NCBI GenBank assembly: GCA_965205485.1
Contig: OZ242180.1
Span: forward strand, 1,152,001 to 1,216,000
Direction of reading: 5' to 3'
Length of the DNA: 64,000 nucleotides
Source of the DNA: Candidatus Latescibacterota bacterium
Lineage (GTDB): Bacteria > Latescibacterota > UBA2968 > GCA-2709665
Shown here: positions 42,958-54,600 of the stretch, one piece after another
How positions within the stretch are numbered: the stretch's first letter is position 1
Layout of the letters: each line of letters begins with the position of its first letter
The notes under the pieces: model-generated
What the model was told of the DNA's origin: nothing
What the model saw: only the letters and a program-made list of their open reading frames with translations
Databases searched by the model: none
Translations under genes and position numbers: made by a program

Positions 42958-43006
42958 CAGCCTGCAATGCGTCTTCCGAGGAAGCGTATTGCAGGCTGTT
43001 TTTTGT
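42958..43006 (+). terminator. Rho-independent terminator
   Basis: CAGCCTGCAATGCG...CGTATTGCAGGCTG followed by a T-tract. Confidence 0.75.
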
Positions 43007-43065
43007 TCGGTCGACGGCTGGTCCGGTACCCGAAGAGTCCGGAATCGGTTGCGGGAGGACTTGAA

Positions 43066-43743
43066 CTATGACGCCAGTCCGGCAACCTCCCGGAGGCTGG
43101 ATATCTCGTAGTCCGGCTGCGGGACGTTCGGCTTGAGCGTATCGCCCTTGCGGTTCAGCCAGGCGACCCGGATGCCCGCCCGCCGCGCGCCGACGATGTC
43201 GTCATCCTGGGAATCCCCCACGTAGAGGGTCTCATCCGGGCGGCTGCCGATCAGGCGCAGGCCTTCATGGAAGATCTCCGGCGCCGGTTTGTACGCGCGG
43301 GCGGATTCCGAGCTGACGACCACCGGAAATGACAGGTTGTTTTTCCGGAGCGCGATGTTCAGATGGTCCTCGTCCGCGTTGGATATCACGCCTGTCCGAA
43401 AGGACTCGAGCCCGGCCACCGCGGGTTTGACATCTTCGTAGAGAGGCGCGTCGGCGAAAACCTCGAACAGGCCGTCGACGTAATGTTCGAAGGAGACGCG
43501 TTTGTCCAGTTTCTCAAGCGTCCGCTCGAGGCTGATGAGATGCGCCTGCCGCATCGTGTAAAACGTCTCGCCCCTGAGGAGCGGAAAAAACGACAGGTCC
43601 CACGTGTTGAAGAAATCCATTGCGGACATGTCGAGTTCCTGCTCACGGACGATGCGGCCGCACATCGCATGCAGTTTGTCCATAGCGCCAGCGAACAGCG
43701 TCTCGTAGCCATCGAAGAATATGGTGGTGACGTCTGTCGGCAT
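43066..43743 (-). CDS. HAD-superfamily hydrolase (haloacid dehalogenase-like)
   Basis: FFDGYETL, ISNAD, YKPAPEIF and YVGDS..DDI motifs. Confidence 0.88.
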   Translation of the reverse strand: MPTDVTTIFFDGYETLFAGAMDKLHAMCGRIVREQELDMSAMDFFNTWDLSFFPLLRGETFYTMRQAHLISLERTLEKLDKRVSFEHYVDGLFEVFADAPLYEDVKPAVAGLESFRTGVISNADEDHLNIALRKNNLSFPVVVSSESARAYKPAPEIFHEGLRLIGSRPDETLYVGDSQDDDIVGARRAGIRVAWLNRKGDTLKPNVPQPDYEISSLREVAGLAS

Positions 43744-43827
43744 CAGTTCCCCTAACAGTCCGTTGGAAGAGTCGCTCTGAAGACGAGGCTTGGTGTCCCG
43801 GCCCGGATGGGCTTCTTCAACGGGCTG

Positions 43828-45601
43828 CTAACGCTGTTTGGATGTGCTGCTGTCTTTCGAGGCGAGCGGCCCGGTTGGGGCATCCTTGCTGTACAGGGCG
43901 CCGCCCCGCTCGTACGACACCGAGACCTGCCCGTCGCTGACTTCCAGCCGGGGGACGTTCTGGTTGAAGACGTCCCGGTCCGGTCCGCGCATCACGGCCA
44001 GTTGGGCGTCGGTCATATCGTCGACAAGCTTACCCCATCGGTTCTCCGGATGCACCATCTCGCCGCCGCTGCGGTTGAAGTTGCGGGAGGAGTACTTGAT
44101 CAGGATCGCGCGGCGGGCGATCTCGTTCTTCCACGCCAGCGCGCCGTGCGTCTGGCCCCCGTCCATAAAGAAGAGTACGTCGCCGGCCTTCATCTCGGGC
44201 TGCACGACCAGCCCCATGTCGTCGTCGCACGACCGCACCCCCGGCGGCACGCGGTACTGGGCTTTATGGCTGCCGGGCACGCATGCGAATCCGCCCAGTC
44301 GCGCGGGCACGTCCCGCAGTTGCCAGCTCACCGTCACGGCCTCACAATAGCTGCGGCCGTTCTGGTAGACATAGCCGCGCCCGGGATTGAGCGGTTCGTT
44401 CGCATCGTGCAGGGAGTGGCCGGAACCGCCCTTCACGGAACAGAAGGCGGTGGCGTCGCCAAACCGTACGCCGCTGCCGCCCATCCAGTTGAGACGGTGC
44501 TCCACAACGGGGTGCGCGACCATGCGCCGGAAGGGATTGCACCAGGGTTCCGGAAGGCGCAGCAGGTTTGGCAGCAGCGGCCGGCCGGTTCCGGCCAGCG
44601 CCTTCGATCCTCGGGAGAGTTCGCCGCCCACCTCGATCCTGTCGTCGAACCGGTCGATTGCGGCGTTGGCCTGTTCCAGCCACGCTTCGTCCATCACGTT
44701 CCGGAGGACGAGATGACCGCAGAGGTCCCAGAAATAGAACTCCTTCTCGTCGATGCCGGAATCGGGATTCCTGGCGTAGATGGACGGATGGTAGACTTCC
44801 CGGGACTCGTCCAGGCGCGCCGTCTCTCCGTCCGTGCGGACCGTGGGCGGCGGCGACGTGCTCCGGTAGCCGGGCCGCCAGATCGATGCCCTCTGCTCGG
44901 GTGAAATGGCGGACATCCATTCAGGCGTGGGGGCTTCTCTGGTTTTCGGACCTGTCCCCGCACAGCGGATGGCGCCCCGGCCCGCGAACTCGTAAGATAG
45001 CAGGCGCTGGGGTCCGCTTCCTTTCCACGGCCGCATGCCCTGAAGCAGGGCGCCGGCGACCAGAAGCAGGTCGCCCGCCCTCCAGCGCGGGCTGCAGCGT
45101 GAGACCCATATCGTCATCGCCGGTAAGCACGTCGTCCGGGGTCTCCACATTGGATTTGTGAGAGCAGGGCACCATGACAAAGCCGCCCGCCCCGGCTTCC
45201 GCGTCCGCAAGGGCCCACACCGCGCGGACCGTTTCACTGAAGCGGCGTCCGTTCTGGTAGTAGTACGCCCGGGTTGGATCGCGCGGTTCGTTGCCTCCTT
45301 GAAGGGGCGCCTCCGTTTCGCAGGTGTCGTCGCAAAGCAGCTCCGGTTCGGTTTCCAGGCGGAAGCCCTGCCCGACAATCTGGTTCAGGTACCAAACGAG
45401 GTGCGGGTGGACCAGCAGGTCGCGAAAGGGCTCGCGCAACGGATGCGGCCAACCCAGCATGCCCTCATTCCTCCCGCTGGTATCGATCGCCGAATTCAGG
45501 GCGGCAACCTCGCCCCTTCCGAGGACGCCCCTGACAACGAGGTAACCTCCAACGTCGAAGCAGTAATTCTCTTCGTGACTCATGGATTCCTGGTCCATCA
45601 C
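43828..45601 (-). CDS. Tandem two-domain PhyH-family Fe(II)/2OG protein, with one frameshift near 45080
   Basis: Two homologous PhyH repeats (Y.FD..G.LV...V, GGF..VP.SHK, AGD.L). An extra G in GAGGGCG joins ORFs 44921-45601 and 43828-45378. Confidence 0.82.
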
Positions 45602-45613
45602 GCTTCCTCCCTG

Positions 45614-45825
45614 AGAAGCTGTTTTAAAATTACCGGTGAGTTCCCGAGCGCGAGCGAAAAAGTGGCGGTTATGAGGCGCGAGGGGCGCGCAGCGCCGACG
45701 GGAAAATCCGGCTATGAGAGGCGAGCAAGCGCAGCCTCGATCTCGTAAGACGGGTGGATTTGACCAACGCCGACCGGCGCTTTTGCAGCCGCGCGAAGAC
45801 CGCTGGGAATTTTAAGACTGCTTCT
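45614..45825. mobile_element. MITE-like element, copy 2
   Basis: Same TIRs and body as 16435-16622, with a ~24-bp internal addition. Confidence 0.75.
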
Positions 45826-45842
45826 GAAATGCGGGTCGGGAA

Positions 45843-46754
45843 TCAGGACACAGCCGCCCATTTTTCCCGTTCCCATTGCTTCTGTCCGATCCTTTCCACG
45901 TAGGACTCGCCCTTGTATTCCAGTATCCATCCCTTGAGCGGCACGTCGGCATCCGTCGGCTGCCACCATCCCTTGACGTCCACACCGTCTCCCAGTAGCT
46001 GGCGCCGGATCGGATCGCATCCCTCGAGGATTTCGTCCGGAATCAGATTGTAGTCCAACCCTCTGAGCCAGCGGTAGCTGTAACCCAGAAACAACACTTT
46101 TCGCGTGATATCGGATGTATTGAACCCCCGTGAATGCCACAGTCGCCTGTCGAAGAGGACCGCTGTTCCGGCCTTTACCCTGACCTGCATCATGTCTTCG
46201 AACACCGACGCTCCGGACGACCCGTTTCCGCCTTCAGGCCAGCGTTCCGGGGGGATGTCGCGCTTGTGGCTGCCCGGAACGATGCGAATTCCGCCCCGGT
46301 CCGGCGCGCTCGTGTCAGTCAGCCAGAACGCAACTTTCAGGGACAGCCGTGGATGCGGACGCTCCATCTCGGGTACGGGACGGCCGCCGTCCTGATGCCA
46401 ACCGCCCGTTTTCGAATCTGCCCTGTCCGGGTGCTCCGGCGGGTAATAGACCAGGTGGGAAATGTAGTGCTGGACGTTCCAGCCCAGGATGTCCCAGATG
46501 AGGGGAAACGTCTTTGGCAGGTCCAGCAGATCCAGGAACGCGGCGTCTTCGACGATGCTTCGAAATTTGTTCATGATTTGACCGGCTCCGAGACCCTGTA
46601 TTTCCCGTTCACGCGCATCCACGCGGTCACCGGCGTCCAGGAGCCTTTCCAGCATTCCCGGATCCAGCGCATCTTCGACGATCAGAAAGCCCTGCTGATC
46701 GAAATGTTCCCGCTGTTCGTCCGTCATGCAGTGGTCAAGACATGCGATATCCAT
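45843..46754 (-). CDS. Phytanoyl-CoA dioxygenase (PhyH) family protein
   Basis: Canonical WHQD motif, VPGSH and LWHSRGFN...R. Confidence 0.9.
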   Translation of the reverse strand: MDIACLDHCMTDEQREHFDQQGFLIVEDALDPGMLERLLDAGDRVDAREREIQGLGAGQIMNKFRSIVEDAAFLDLLDLPKTFPLIWDILGWNVQHYISHLVYYPPEHPDRADSKTGGWHQDGGRPVPEMERPHPRLSLKVAFWLTDTSAPDRGGIRIVPGSHKRDIPPERWPEGGNGSSGASVFEDMMQVRVKAGTAVLFDRRLWHSRGFNTSDITRKVLFLGYSYRWLRGLDYNLIPDEILEGCDPIRRQLLGDGVDVKGWWQPTDADVPLKGWILEYKGESYVERIGQKQWEREKWAAVS

Positions 46755-47196
46755 TGTTCTTCCTCCGACCAGCGCCCACGAACCGGGTGCCACGGTCACG
46801 GGTGTTTTGGCTTACAACTGACGGAAAATAGCCGAAGGCTCTGTCTGAGGCGCCCGGAGAGAGGTCTCCGCGACCGCGGCCGTCGTGAAACGTCGTCGCC
46901 TGTCCGTGTCGTAAACCCGGTTTAGCTGACGGCTGAAGGCTGATAGCTGACAGCAATACATGAGGGACCGGTGCGGTTTGGTCTTCTTCCGTCTACAGCC
47001 TTACACCTGCGTCCTTTGTTAGAATACCGCCCTTGACCGATAGAAGGCAAGGACAAATGACGCGGGGGTCGCAGGGCATTCACGTTGATTTTTCCGGGCG
47101 GTCTCATTAGATTGCGAAATTGAATATTCCGTATGAATTGCGGCATTTCAAGCGATGCCCCGGCGGGCTGGAGTCTTTGAAAAAAGGGAGCGGATC

Positions 47197-48594
47197 GTGG
47201 CTTCCGGCAGATCGAACGTCGTGTTTATTCTTACGGACGACCAGGGGGTCTGGGCGGCGGGATGCTACGGAAATCCGGAGATCCGTACCCCCAATATAGA
47301 CCGGATCGCGAATGCTGGCGTGCGTTTCGAGAATTTCTTCGTGGCCACACCCGTCTGTTCCCCCAGTCGCGCGACGTTTCTGACCGGGCGCATCGCCTCG
47401 CAGCACGGCGTACACGATTGGATCAGCGGCGGAAACGTGGGGGAGGACGCTGCATCCTACCTGGCGAAAGAGGTCACGTACACGGATGTGCTGGCGGAAC
47501 ACGGATGGACGTGCGGAATCAGCGGCAAATGGCACCTCGGCAACAGCCGGATACCGCAGCACGGGTTCGCACACTGGTTCGTACACCAGCGGGGCGGCGG
47601 CAGGTACAACGATGCGCCGATGGTAAGAAACGGCAAACTGATCGATGCGCCGGGATACGTAACCCACGTCATTACGGACGACGCGCTGGCATTCATCGAC
47701 CGGCACGCGAACGATGAAGACCCGTTCTACCTTAGCGTCCACTATACGGCGCCGCACAGCCCGTGGACCGGTCATCCGCAGGACGTCGTGGATTCCTACG
47801 ACGACTGCGCGTTCGAGTCATGTCCTCAGGAAGCCCGGCATCCCTGGGCCATCGGCCTGACGGACCAATGCCTGGGCAACCGCGAAATGCTGAAGGGATA
47901 TTTCGCCGCGGTGACCGCAATGGATACGGACGTGGGGCGGATTCTGGACAGGCTCGAAGCGCACGGAATTCGCGAACAGACGCTGGTGGTCTTTGTCAGC
48001 GACAACGGGTTCAGTTGCGGCCACCACGGGTTCTGGGGCAAGGGGAACGGCACGCGCCCCCTCAACATGTACGAGAATTCCGTCAAAGTGCCGGCGGTGA
48101 TGAGCCAGCCGGGACGGATTCCGGAAGCCTCCGTACAGTCCGCGATGGTGAGCGCGTATGATTTCATGCCCACGCTTCTGGAGTACCTGGACCTGCCGCT
48201 TCCTCAGGGTCGGAATCTGCCGGGCGGGAGTTTCCTGCCCGCGTTGCTTGGCTCCGGCAACTCCGGCAGGGAATCTGTAGTGGTCTACGACGAATACGGC
48301 CCGACCAGAATGGTCCGGACCGCGGAATGGAAATATATTCACCGGTACCCGGACGGGCCGAGCGAACTCTTCGACCTGGTGAACGATCCGGATGAACGCG
48401 AGAATCGGATTGGTGAAGCCCTTCATGCATCGCGGGTTGCGGAGATGAGTGGAATGTTGGAAGACTGGTTCGCGACCTACGTGGACCCCGAAAAGGACGG
48501 ACGCGAGCGGGGCGTCACAGGCGGCGGCCAACAGCGTCCGGTTGGAGGGGCATGGGAGGATGGCGCGCCGGCGTTTCGAGGGAAAATACAGTGA
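47197..48594 (+). CDS. Sulfatase (formylglycine-dependent)
   Basis: NVVFILTDD, CSPSRATFLTG, GKWHLG, APHSP and SDNG motifs. Confidence 0.93.
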   Translation: MASGRSNVVFILTDDQGVWAAGCYGNPEIRTPNIDRIANAGVRFENFFVATPVCSPSRATFLTGRIASQHGVHDWISGGNVGEDAASYLAKEVTYTDVLAEHGWTCGISGKWHLGNSRIPQHGFAHWFVHQRGGGRYNDAPMVRNGKLIDAPGYVTHVITDDALAFIDRHANDEDPFYLSVHYTAPHSPWTGHPQDVVDSYDDCAFESCPQEARHPWAIGLTDQCLGNREMLKGYFAAVTAMDTDVGRILDRLEAHGIREQTLVVFVSDNGFSCGHHGFWGKGNGTRPLNMYENSVKVPAVMSQPGRIPEASVQSAMVSAYDFMPTLLEYLDLPLPQGRNLPGGSFLPALLGSGNSGRESVVVYDEYGPTRMVRTAEWKYIHRYPDGPSELFDLVNDPDERENRIGEALHASRVAEMSGMLEDWFATYVDPEKDGRERGVTGGGQQRPVGGAWEDGAPAFRGKIQ

Positions 48595-48604
48595 GGAGAT
48601 CTTT

Positions 48605-50239
48605 ATGAACGTAGCAGATGTGGTAGCCCATATCATGAAGGCGGAGGGCGTGGAGTACCTGTTCGCCTATCCTGTAAATCCTCTCATCGAGGCCGCGGCC
48701 AAGGTGGACATCCGGCCCATTCTCGTCCGGCAGGAACGTATCGGCCTGCATATGGCCGACGCGCTGAGCCGCATGACGTCGGGCAGGCAGATCGGTGTCT
48801 TCTGCATGCAGAGCGGCCCCGGGTCGGAGAACGCCTTCGGCGGAGTCGCGCAGGCGTATGGGGATTCTGCGCCGATCCTGGTGCTGCCGCTGGGATATAA
48901 TAGAACGCTGACCAACGTGCAGCCGAATTTCAACTCGGCGCTGAATTATCGGCACGTCACCAAGCACTCAGAGCAGGTTATCCTCTCGGAAACCGTGCCC
49001 GAAGTGATGCGGAGGGCATTTACGCAGGTGCGCAATGGACGCCCGCGCCCGGTGCTGGTGGAGTTTCCGGGAGACGTGTTCGACGAGGAGATCGCCGGTC
49101 CTTTCGACTACCGCCCCGTGCCTTCGTTGAAAACGGGTCCGGACCCGCGCGAGGTCGAGAAGGCGGCAATTATGCTCCTGGAAGCCGAGCGACCCGTTAT
49201 CTACGCCGGGCAGGGCGTGCACTATGCCGAGGCCTGGGATGCCCTGCGCGACCTCTCCGAACTCCTCGAAGCGCCGGTCACCACGAGCCTGGGCGGAAAG
49301 AGCGCGTTTCCGGAAAACCACAGACTGTCCCTGGGTTCCGGCGGCAGGTCCATTCCCGGAACCGTGCACCACTTTCTTCAGGAGGCGGACCTGATCTTCG
49401 GGATCGGGTGCAGTTTTACGCGTACCAATTTCGGGGTGGCCATGCCAGAGGGGAAGCGCGTGATCCACGCCACGCTGGACCCGGGGGATATCAACAAGGA
49501 CGTGGAAGTCGAACACGCCCTGGCGGGCGATGCGAAACTCACCCTGGAGGCCCTGGCGGAGGAGGTTCGTGCGCGCCTGGACGGACAGACGCGGGGTCGT
49601 GCGGACCTTGTAGCGAAGGAAATTGCATCTGTGAAGCACGAATGGCTCTCTCAGTGGATGCCCAAGCTGACGCTGAACGAGGCGCCCCTCTCACCGTATC
49701 GGGTGATCCGGGACCTGATGCAAACCGTGGACGTGCCCAATACGATCATCACCCACGACGCCGGCAGCCCCCGCGATCAACTCTCACCCTTCTGGGAGTC
49801 CCATACGCCGCTTTCCTACATCGGCTGGGGAAAGACGACGCAACTCGGTTACGGACTCGGCCTGGCGATGGGCGCCAAGCTCGCGTGCCCGGACAAGCTG
49901 TGTATCAACGTGTGGGGCGATGCCGCCATCGGGTTTACGGGAATGGACTTCGAGACGGCCGTTCGTGAACGGATTCCCATTCTGTCGGTCCTCTTCAACA
50001 ATTTCAGCATGGCAATCGAGCTGCCGATAATGCCGGTGTCCACGGAAAAATACCGCAGCACGGATATTTCCGGGCACTACGCGGACATGGCCAAAGCGTT
50101 TGGAGGCTACGGAGAGCGCGTGGAATCGCCCGACGATATCGTCCCGGCAATCGAGCGGGGAATCAGGAAGACGGAGGAAGGCGTTCCGGTGCTGCTGGAG
50201 TTCATCACGGCCAAGGAGATCAAGTTCTCGCTGTACTGA
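48605..50239 (+). CDS. ThDP-dependent enzyme (acetolactate synthase-like family)
   Basis: VRQER, GPGSEN, HDAGSPR and WGDAAIG...LFNN motifs; ATG 48605 with GAGGAG RBS. Confidence 0.9.
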   Translation: MNVADVVAHIMKAEGVEYLFAYPVNPLIEAAAKVDIRPILVRQERIGLHMADALSRMTSGRQIGVFCMQSGPGSENAFGGVAQAYGDSAPILVLPLGYNRTLTNVQPNFNSALNYRHVTKHSEQVILSETVPEVMRRAFTQVRNGRPRPVLVEFPGDVFDEEIAGPFDYRPVPSLKTGPDPREVEKAAIMLLEAERPVIYAGQGVHYAEAWDALRDLSELLEAPVTTSLGGKSAFPENHRLSLGSGGRSIPGTVHHFLQEADLIFGIGCSFTRTNFGVAMPEGKRVIHATLDPGDINKDVEVEHALAGDAKLTLEALAEEVRARLDGQTRGRADLVAKEIASVKHEWLSQWMPKLTLNEAPLSPYRVIRDLMQTVDVPNTIITHDAGSPRDQLSPFWESHTPLSYIGWGKTTQLGYGLGLAMGAKLACPDKLCINVWGDAAIGFTGMDFETAVRERIPILSVLFNNFSMAIELPIMPVSTEKYRSTDISGHYADMAKAFGGYGERVESPDDIVPAIERGIRKTEEGVPVLLEFITAKEIKFSLY

Positions 50240-50323
50240 TCCAGGCGGGGGTTTTCCAGGCGAGACAGGAATCTTACCTGAGACAATAACGAATCTACCA
50301 TTCAACGGAGGGAGGGCATAACG

Positions 50324-50866
50324 ATGAACAGGCTGTCGGTTTTCGGTCTCGTAGTCATTGCGGGAATTGCGATATCGTGTGGTGACGACAAACCAACGGC
50401 GCCGGGTCAGGACCTGGTTGGATCATGGACGTACCAGGGAACCGATTTCAGTTCGACCGCGGCGACCAACCTGCAGGAATACCTGCTGAGTCAGGGGGTG
50501 GACGCAGCGGCCGCGCAGCAGTTCGTCACAGAATTCAGGAACGAGATGGATAGAGGCTTCCGCGAGACCGGCCTGGAAATCGTGCGATTCAATGAGGACC
50601 GGACCTACGAAGATAATTCAGGCAACTCGGGCGTCTGGTCGGTCCTGGGCGACGTACTCACGATGGTGGAGGAAGACGGGTTTACCATTCAGTGCCAGTA
50701 CTTTATAGACGGCGAAGACCTGACGCTCATCCTGACCAAGGAGCGGTACCTGAATATAATCAGGCAGACGGAAGATGCAGTTGAGCTCGACACGGATTCG
50801 CTGGCGCTTCTGGATATCCTTTTTGGAGACGGCGACTCCCTGAGGCTCTTCTACAGGGCCAGATGA
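50324..50866 (+). CDS. Lipoprotein, lipocalin-like (paralog 1)
   Basis: Lipobox AISC and LVGSW motif; strong similarity to the next gene. Confidence 0.8.
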   Translation: MNRLSVFGLVVIAGIAISCGDDKPTAPGQDLVGSWTYQGTDFSSTAATNLQEYLLSQGVDAAAAQQFVTEFRNEMDRGFRETGLEIVRFNEDRTYEDNSGNSGVWSVLGDVLTMVEEDGFTIQCQYFIDGEDLTLILTKERYLNIIRQTEDAVELDTDSLALLDILFGDGDSLRLFYRAR

Positions 50867-50940
50867 CCCGCGGGAAGACGCTCGCGCCTCACTGATGGAT
50901 GCGCGAAGCTCAGGTGGCGACAAAGTCGGAGGGCGTCCTG

Positions 50941-51483
50941 ATGAGCCGGATGTCGGTTTTCGGCCTGACGGTGTTGATCGGTCTTGCGATATCCTGCGGC
51001 GATGACAAACCCACGGAGCCGGTTCGCGACCTCGTTGGATCGTGGACCTACCGGGGTACCGATTTCGCCTCGACCGCGGCGGCCAACTTGCGCGATTACC
51101 TGCTGGGGCAGGGCTGGAACCTCGCGTCCGCGCAGCGGATGGTGGATGGATTCCGGAACGAGATGGAAGCAGGGTTCCGGCATACCGGGTTGTCGGTCCT
51201 GCGGTTCAACGCGGACGGGACCTTCGAAGACAATTCCGGCAGCAAGGGCGTCTGGTCGGTTCAGGGCGACGTGCTTGCGATCGTCGCCGAGGATGGCTAT
51301 ACCATCCAATGCCAGTACTCTGTGGACGGCACCGACCTGACGCTCATCGTGAACAAGGAGCGATACCTGAACCTGATCCGGCAGTCCGAAGGTACGGACG
51401 AGATTAGCCCGGAGATTCAGGGGCTTCTGGATATTCTGTTCGGTGGCGACAATACGCTCAGGCTGTTCTACAGGGCCGCATAG
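50941..51483 (+). CDS. Lipoprotein, lipocalin-like (paralog 2)
   Basis: MSRMSVFGL...AISCGDDKPT; tandem duplicate of 50324-50866. Confidence 0.8.
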   Translation: MSRMSVFGLTVLIGLAISCGDDKPTEPVRDLVGSWTYRGTDFASTAAANLRDYLLGQGWNLASAQRMVDGFRNEMEAGFRHTGLSVLRFNADGTFEDNSGSKGVWSVQGDVLAIVAEDGYTIQCQYSVDGTDLTLIVNKERYLNLIRQSEGTDEISPEIQGLLDILFGGDNTLRLFYRAA

Positions 51484-51606
51484 CGGGTCGAATGAACCCA
51501 GGGAGGGGGTCCGCGAGGGGGTTGAGAATTGCCCAAGTTGCGGTCCCGAATCCCTTCGCGGTAAATTTGCCAAACCCCACAGGCAGTCGGTTGTCGCGTT
51601 CAACGA

Positions 51607-54600
51607 TCAGTTCGACTTTTTGCCGAAAGCGCCTGCAAAGATGAGAAAATCACTGAACCCGATCGTGCCGTTTCCATCGAGGTCGAATCGCGCGTCATAC
51701 CCCTCGTCTCGCTGACTCGTCCCGAATTGCGCCGCAAATTGCAGAAAGTCGGCAAAACCCACGGTCCCGTCGCCGTCGAAGTCCGGATTGCGGATGGTAG
51801 GCGGGAGGTACCGCGCGATATCCCACAGCAACATCGTGCCGTCTCGGCTGCCACTGATCAGGGTCCTTCCATCCGGCGAAAACGCAACGGAATGAACCTC
51901 ACTCGAATGTCCGTCCAAGGTGGCGATCTGGTTCCGGGTTTCCACGTCCCACAACTGGACCGAACCCCTTGACCCCGAAACGAGGGTTTCCCCATCAGGT
52001 GAGAACGCCACCGAATAGACAGAACCCGGATTGTGCATCGTACCGATAAGGGACCGGGTCCCCACTTCCCACAGCTTGATCGTGTGGTCCTCTGCCCCGG
52101 AGGCAAGAGTTGAGCCGTCCGGCGAAAACGACACCGCACGCACAGCGGACCCGTGTCCGGCCAGCGTGGCAATCTCTGTTCTCGAGGCCACGTCCCACAA
52201 CCGCGCCGTATTGTCACGACTGCCGCTGGCCAGCGTGCTCCCATTGGGCGAAAACGACAGGGACATCACATCATCGGTGTGTCCTTCCAGCATGCCGACC
52301 ACGGCCCGCGTGGCAACGTCCCACAACCTGATCGTTCGATCCTTGCCCCCACCACCCCCCGTCGCCAACAGCGCACCGCCCGGTGAGAACGCCACCGATG
52401 GAATCATACCAGGATGTTTCTTAAGCGTGGCAATCTCCCTTCCCGTCTCGAGATCCCACAGATGGAGCCGGTAAAGCGACCCGGCAGCCAGGATGCCGCC
52501 GTCAGGCGAAATCGCCACCGATTGCAATACATGTGGTGTGGCCAAGCTGGCATCCCACGAGAGCGTGGCGATCCTCGACTGTGTTGGCGTGTTCCACAGG
52601 TCGACCTGGCTGTTTGCCAATGCCGTGGCGAGGATGTTGCCGTCGTCAGAGAGCGCCATCGAGTTGATTTGCACATGCCCGTAGAGCGTGACGGAACTTT
52701 CCGTCTCCAGATCCCGCAGCAATATGCCTTGTGACGAGGCGGAGGCGAGAGTGACACCGTCCGGAGAAACCGCCATCGACGTGACGCCCCCTCTCACATG
52801 CTCATTTCCTCCTATCGAGCCAATCCGATTCCCCGTTGCCACATCCCAGAGGAGAATCGTACCTCTACTACCCGGGCTCAACCCGGTAAACAGAACGGAC
52901 CCATCTGAGGAAAACACAACTGACTCGGCATACCTTACACCAGGGGGGTCCAGCGTGGCGACCTGCGTTTGCGCCGTGACATCCCACAGAATCACCGTGC
53001 CATCTCCGTAGGCGCCTGCGGACGCAAGGCGGTCTCCCTTGGGCGAATACGCCACCGATGTAACTGCTCTTTTGTGTCCTTCAAGGGTAGCGACCTCGGC
53101 TTGCGTGGCCATGTCCCACAGCCGTACCGTGCCATCATCAAACCCGGATACCAACCGCGAGCCATCCGGAGAAAAGGAAATCGACCCGCGCCGACCGTTT
53201 CCCTCCCGCACCACCTCCCACGTGGCAAGCTGGACCCTTGTGGCTACGTCCCAAACGCGGATGACCTGATCCCACGAGCCGGAAGCCAGTCTCGAGCCGT
53301 CCGGAGAGAAGACCACCGTGACCTCGCCCCGATCCGCGTGCCACAGCGTGCCGATCCGTTCGCCAGTTTCCACCTCCCTCAGCTCAACCCGGCCGTTGTC
53401 GAGTCCCGCCGCCAGCGTGCCGCCGGGGGAGAACGACACCGAATGGACCGCACTCCCCGTCGGCAACAGGGCCTGCGCCCGGGACGTGGTCGCCCCGTAC
53501 AGCCACACGCCGACGGACGTGGCAACCGCCAGCGTACGTCCATCCGGAGATAGCGCTACCGCACGGTCAGTAATACCCATGGTTCCTTTGCCCAGGCGCG
53601 CGGCGGCGCCATATGGCAGATGCCACGCCGTGTAGTCTCCCTCCAGGGAGGCGACCCCGGTCTCCACGCCTTCGGATCGAAAAGTCGCAACTTCCACGCT
53701 GCCGACGAATACCCCCACGGCGTATGTACCCGGACGCGGACCCAGGGTAAGTGTCAACTCCGCGTGGCCGTTGGCATCGCTGATCGCCTGCTGAGACGTG
53801 TACCGGCCGCTGAGCCTGCCATCGCCACCCGTAACCGTGAACGTCACCGACGCATTGGAAAGAGGATTGCCGTGCTGATCCTTGACCAGTACAACGAGTG
53901 GCTGTGCAAGTACCGATCCTGGCGCGCCTCGTTGCCCGTCGCCGGAGACGATCTCCAGCGCATAGGGACGGGGACGCGTCCACCGGGACGTGTTCCACAG
54001 GTTGACGGTGTTGTCCCGCGAGCCCGCGGCCAGGGTGGCGCCATCAGAGGAAAAGACCGCATCCAACACGGAACTCGTTTGCCCGGTCAGCGTTGCGATC
54101 CGCTCCCGGGCTCTCACGTCCCAAAGATAAACCGCTGAATTACCCGCAGCGCCGGCCAGAATCGCACCGCCGGGAGAAAACGCAACCGACTGCCACCCAT
54201 CGCATTGATAATCGAGGTTGGCAATTCGAACCCGTGAGGCCACGTCCCACAGCATGATCGTGCTACCCCTGGAGCCGGCAGCCAGCATCGTACCGTCAGG
54301 CGAAAATGCGACCGACGTCATCCCGCGGGTATCGCCTTCAAGCATCACAACCTCTATGCGCGAGGCCGCGTCCCACAAACGCACCGTTCCATCCCGGGAC
54401 GCAGAGGCCAGCGTGTTCCCATCCGACGAAAACGCCACGGATCTGACGGAAGCCGTATGTCCTGTGAGGGTGTGTTTTTCCTGAATTGTGGCCACGTTCC
54501 ACAGCTTGAGTGTGCCGTCGTCCGATCCGGAAGCCAGGGTGGCGCCGTCAGGTGAGAACGCCACCGAGTTCACAGCACCCGCGTGTCCTTCCAGTGTGGC

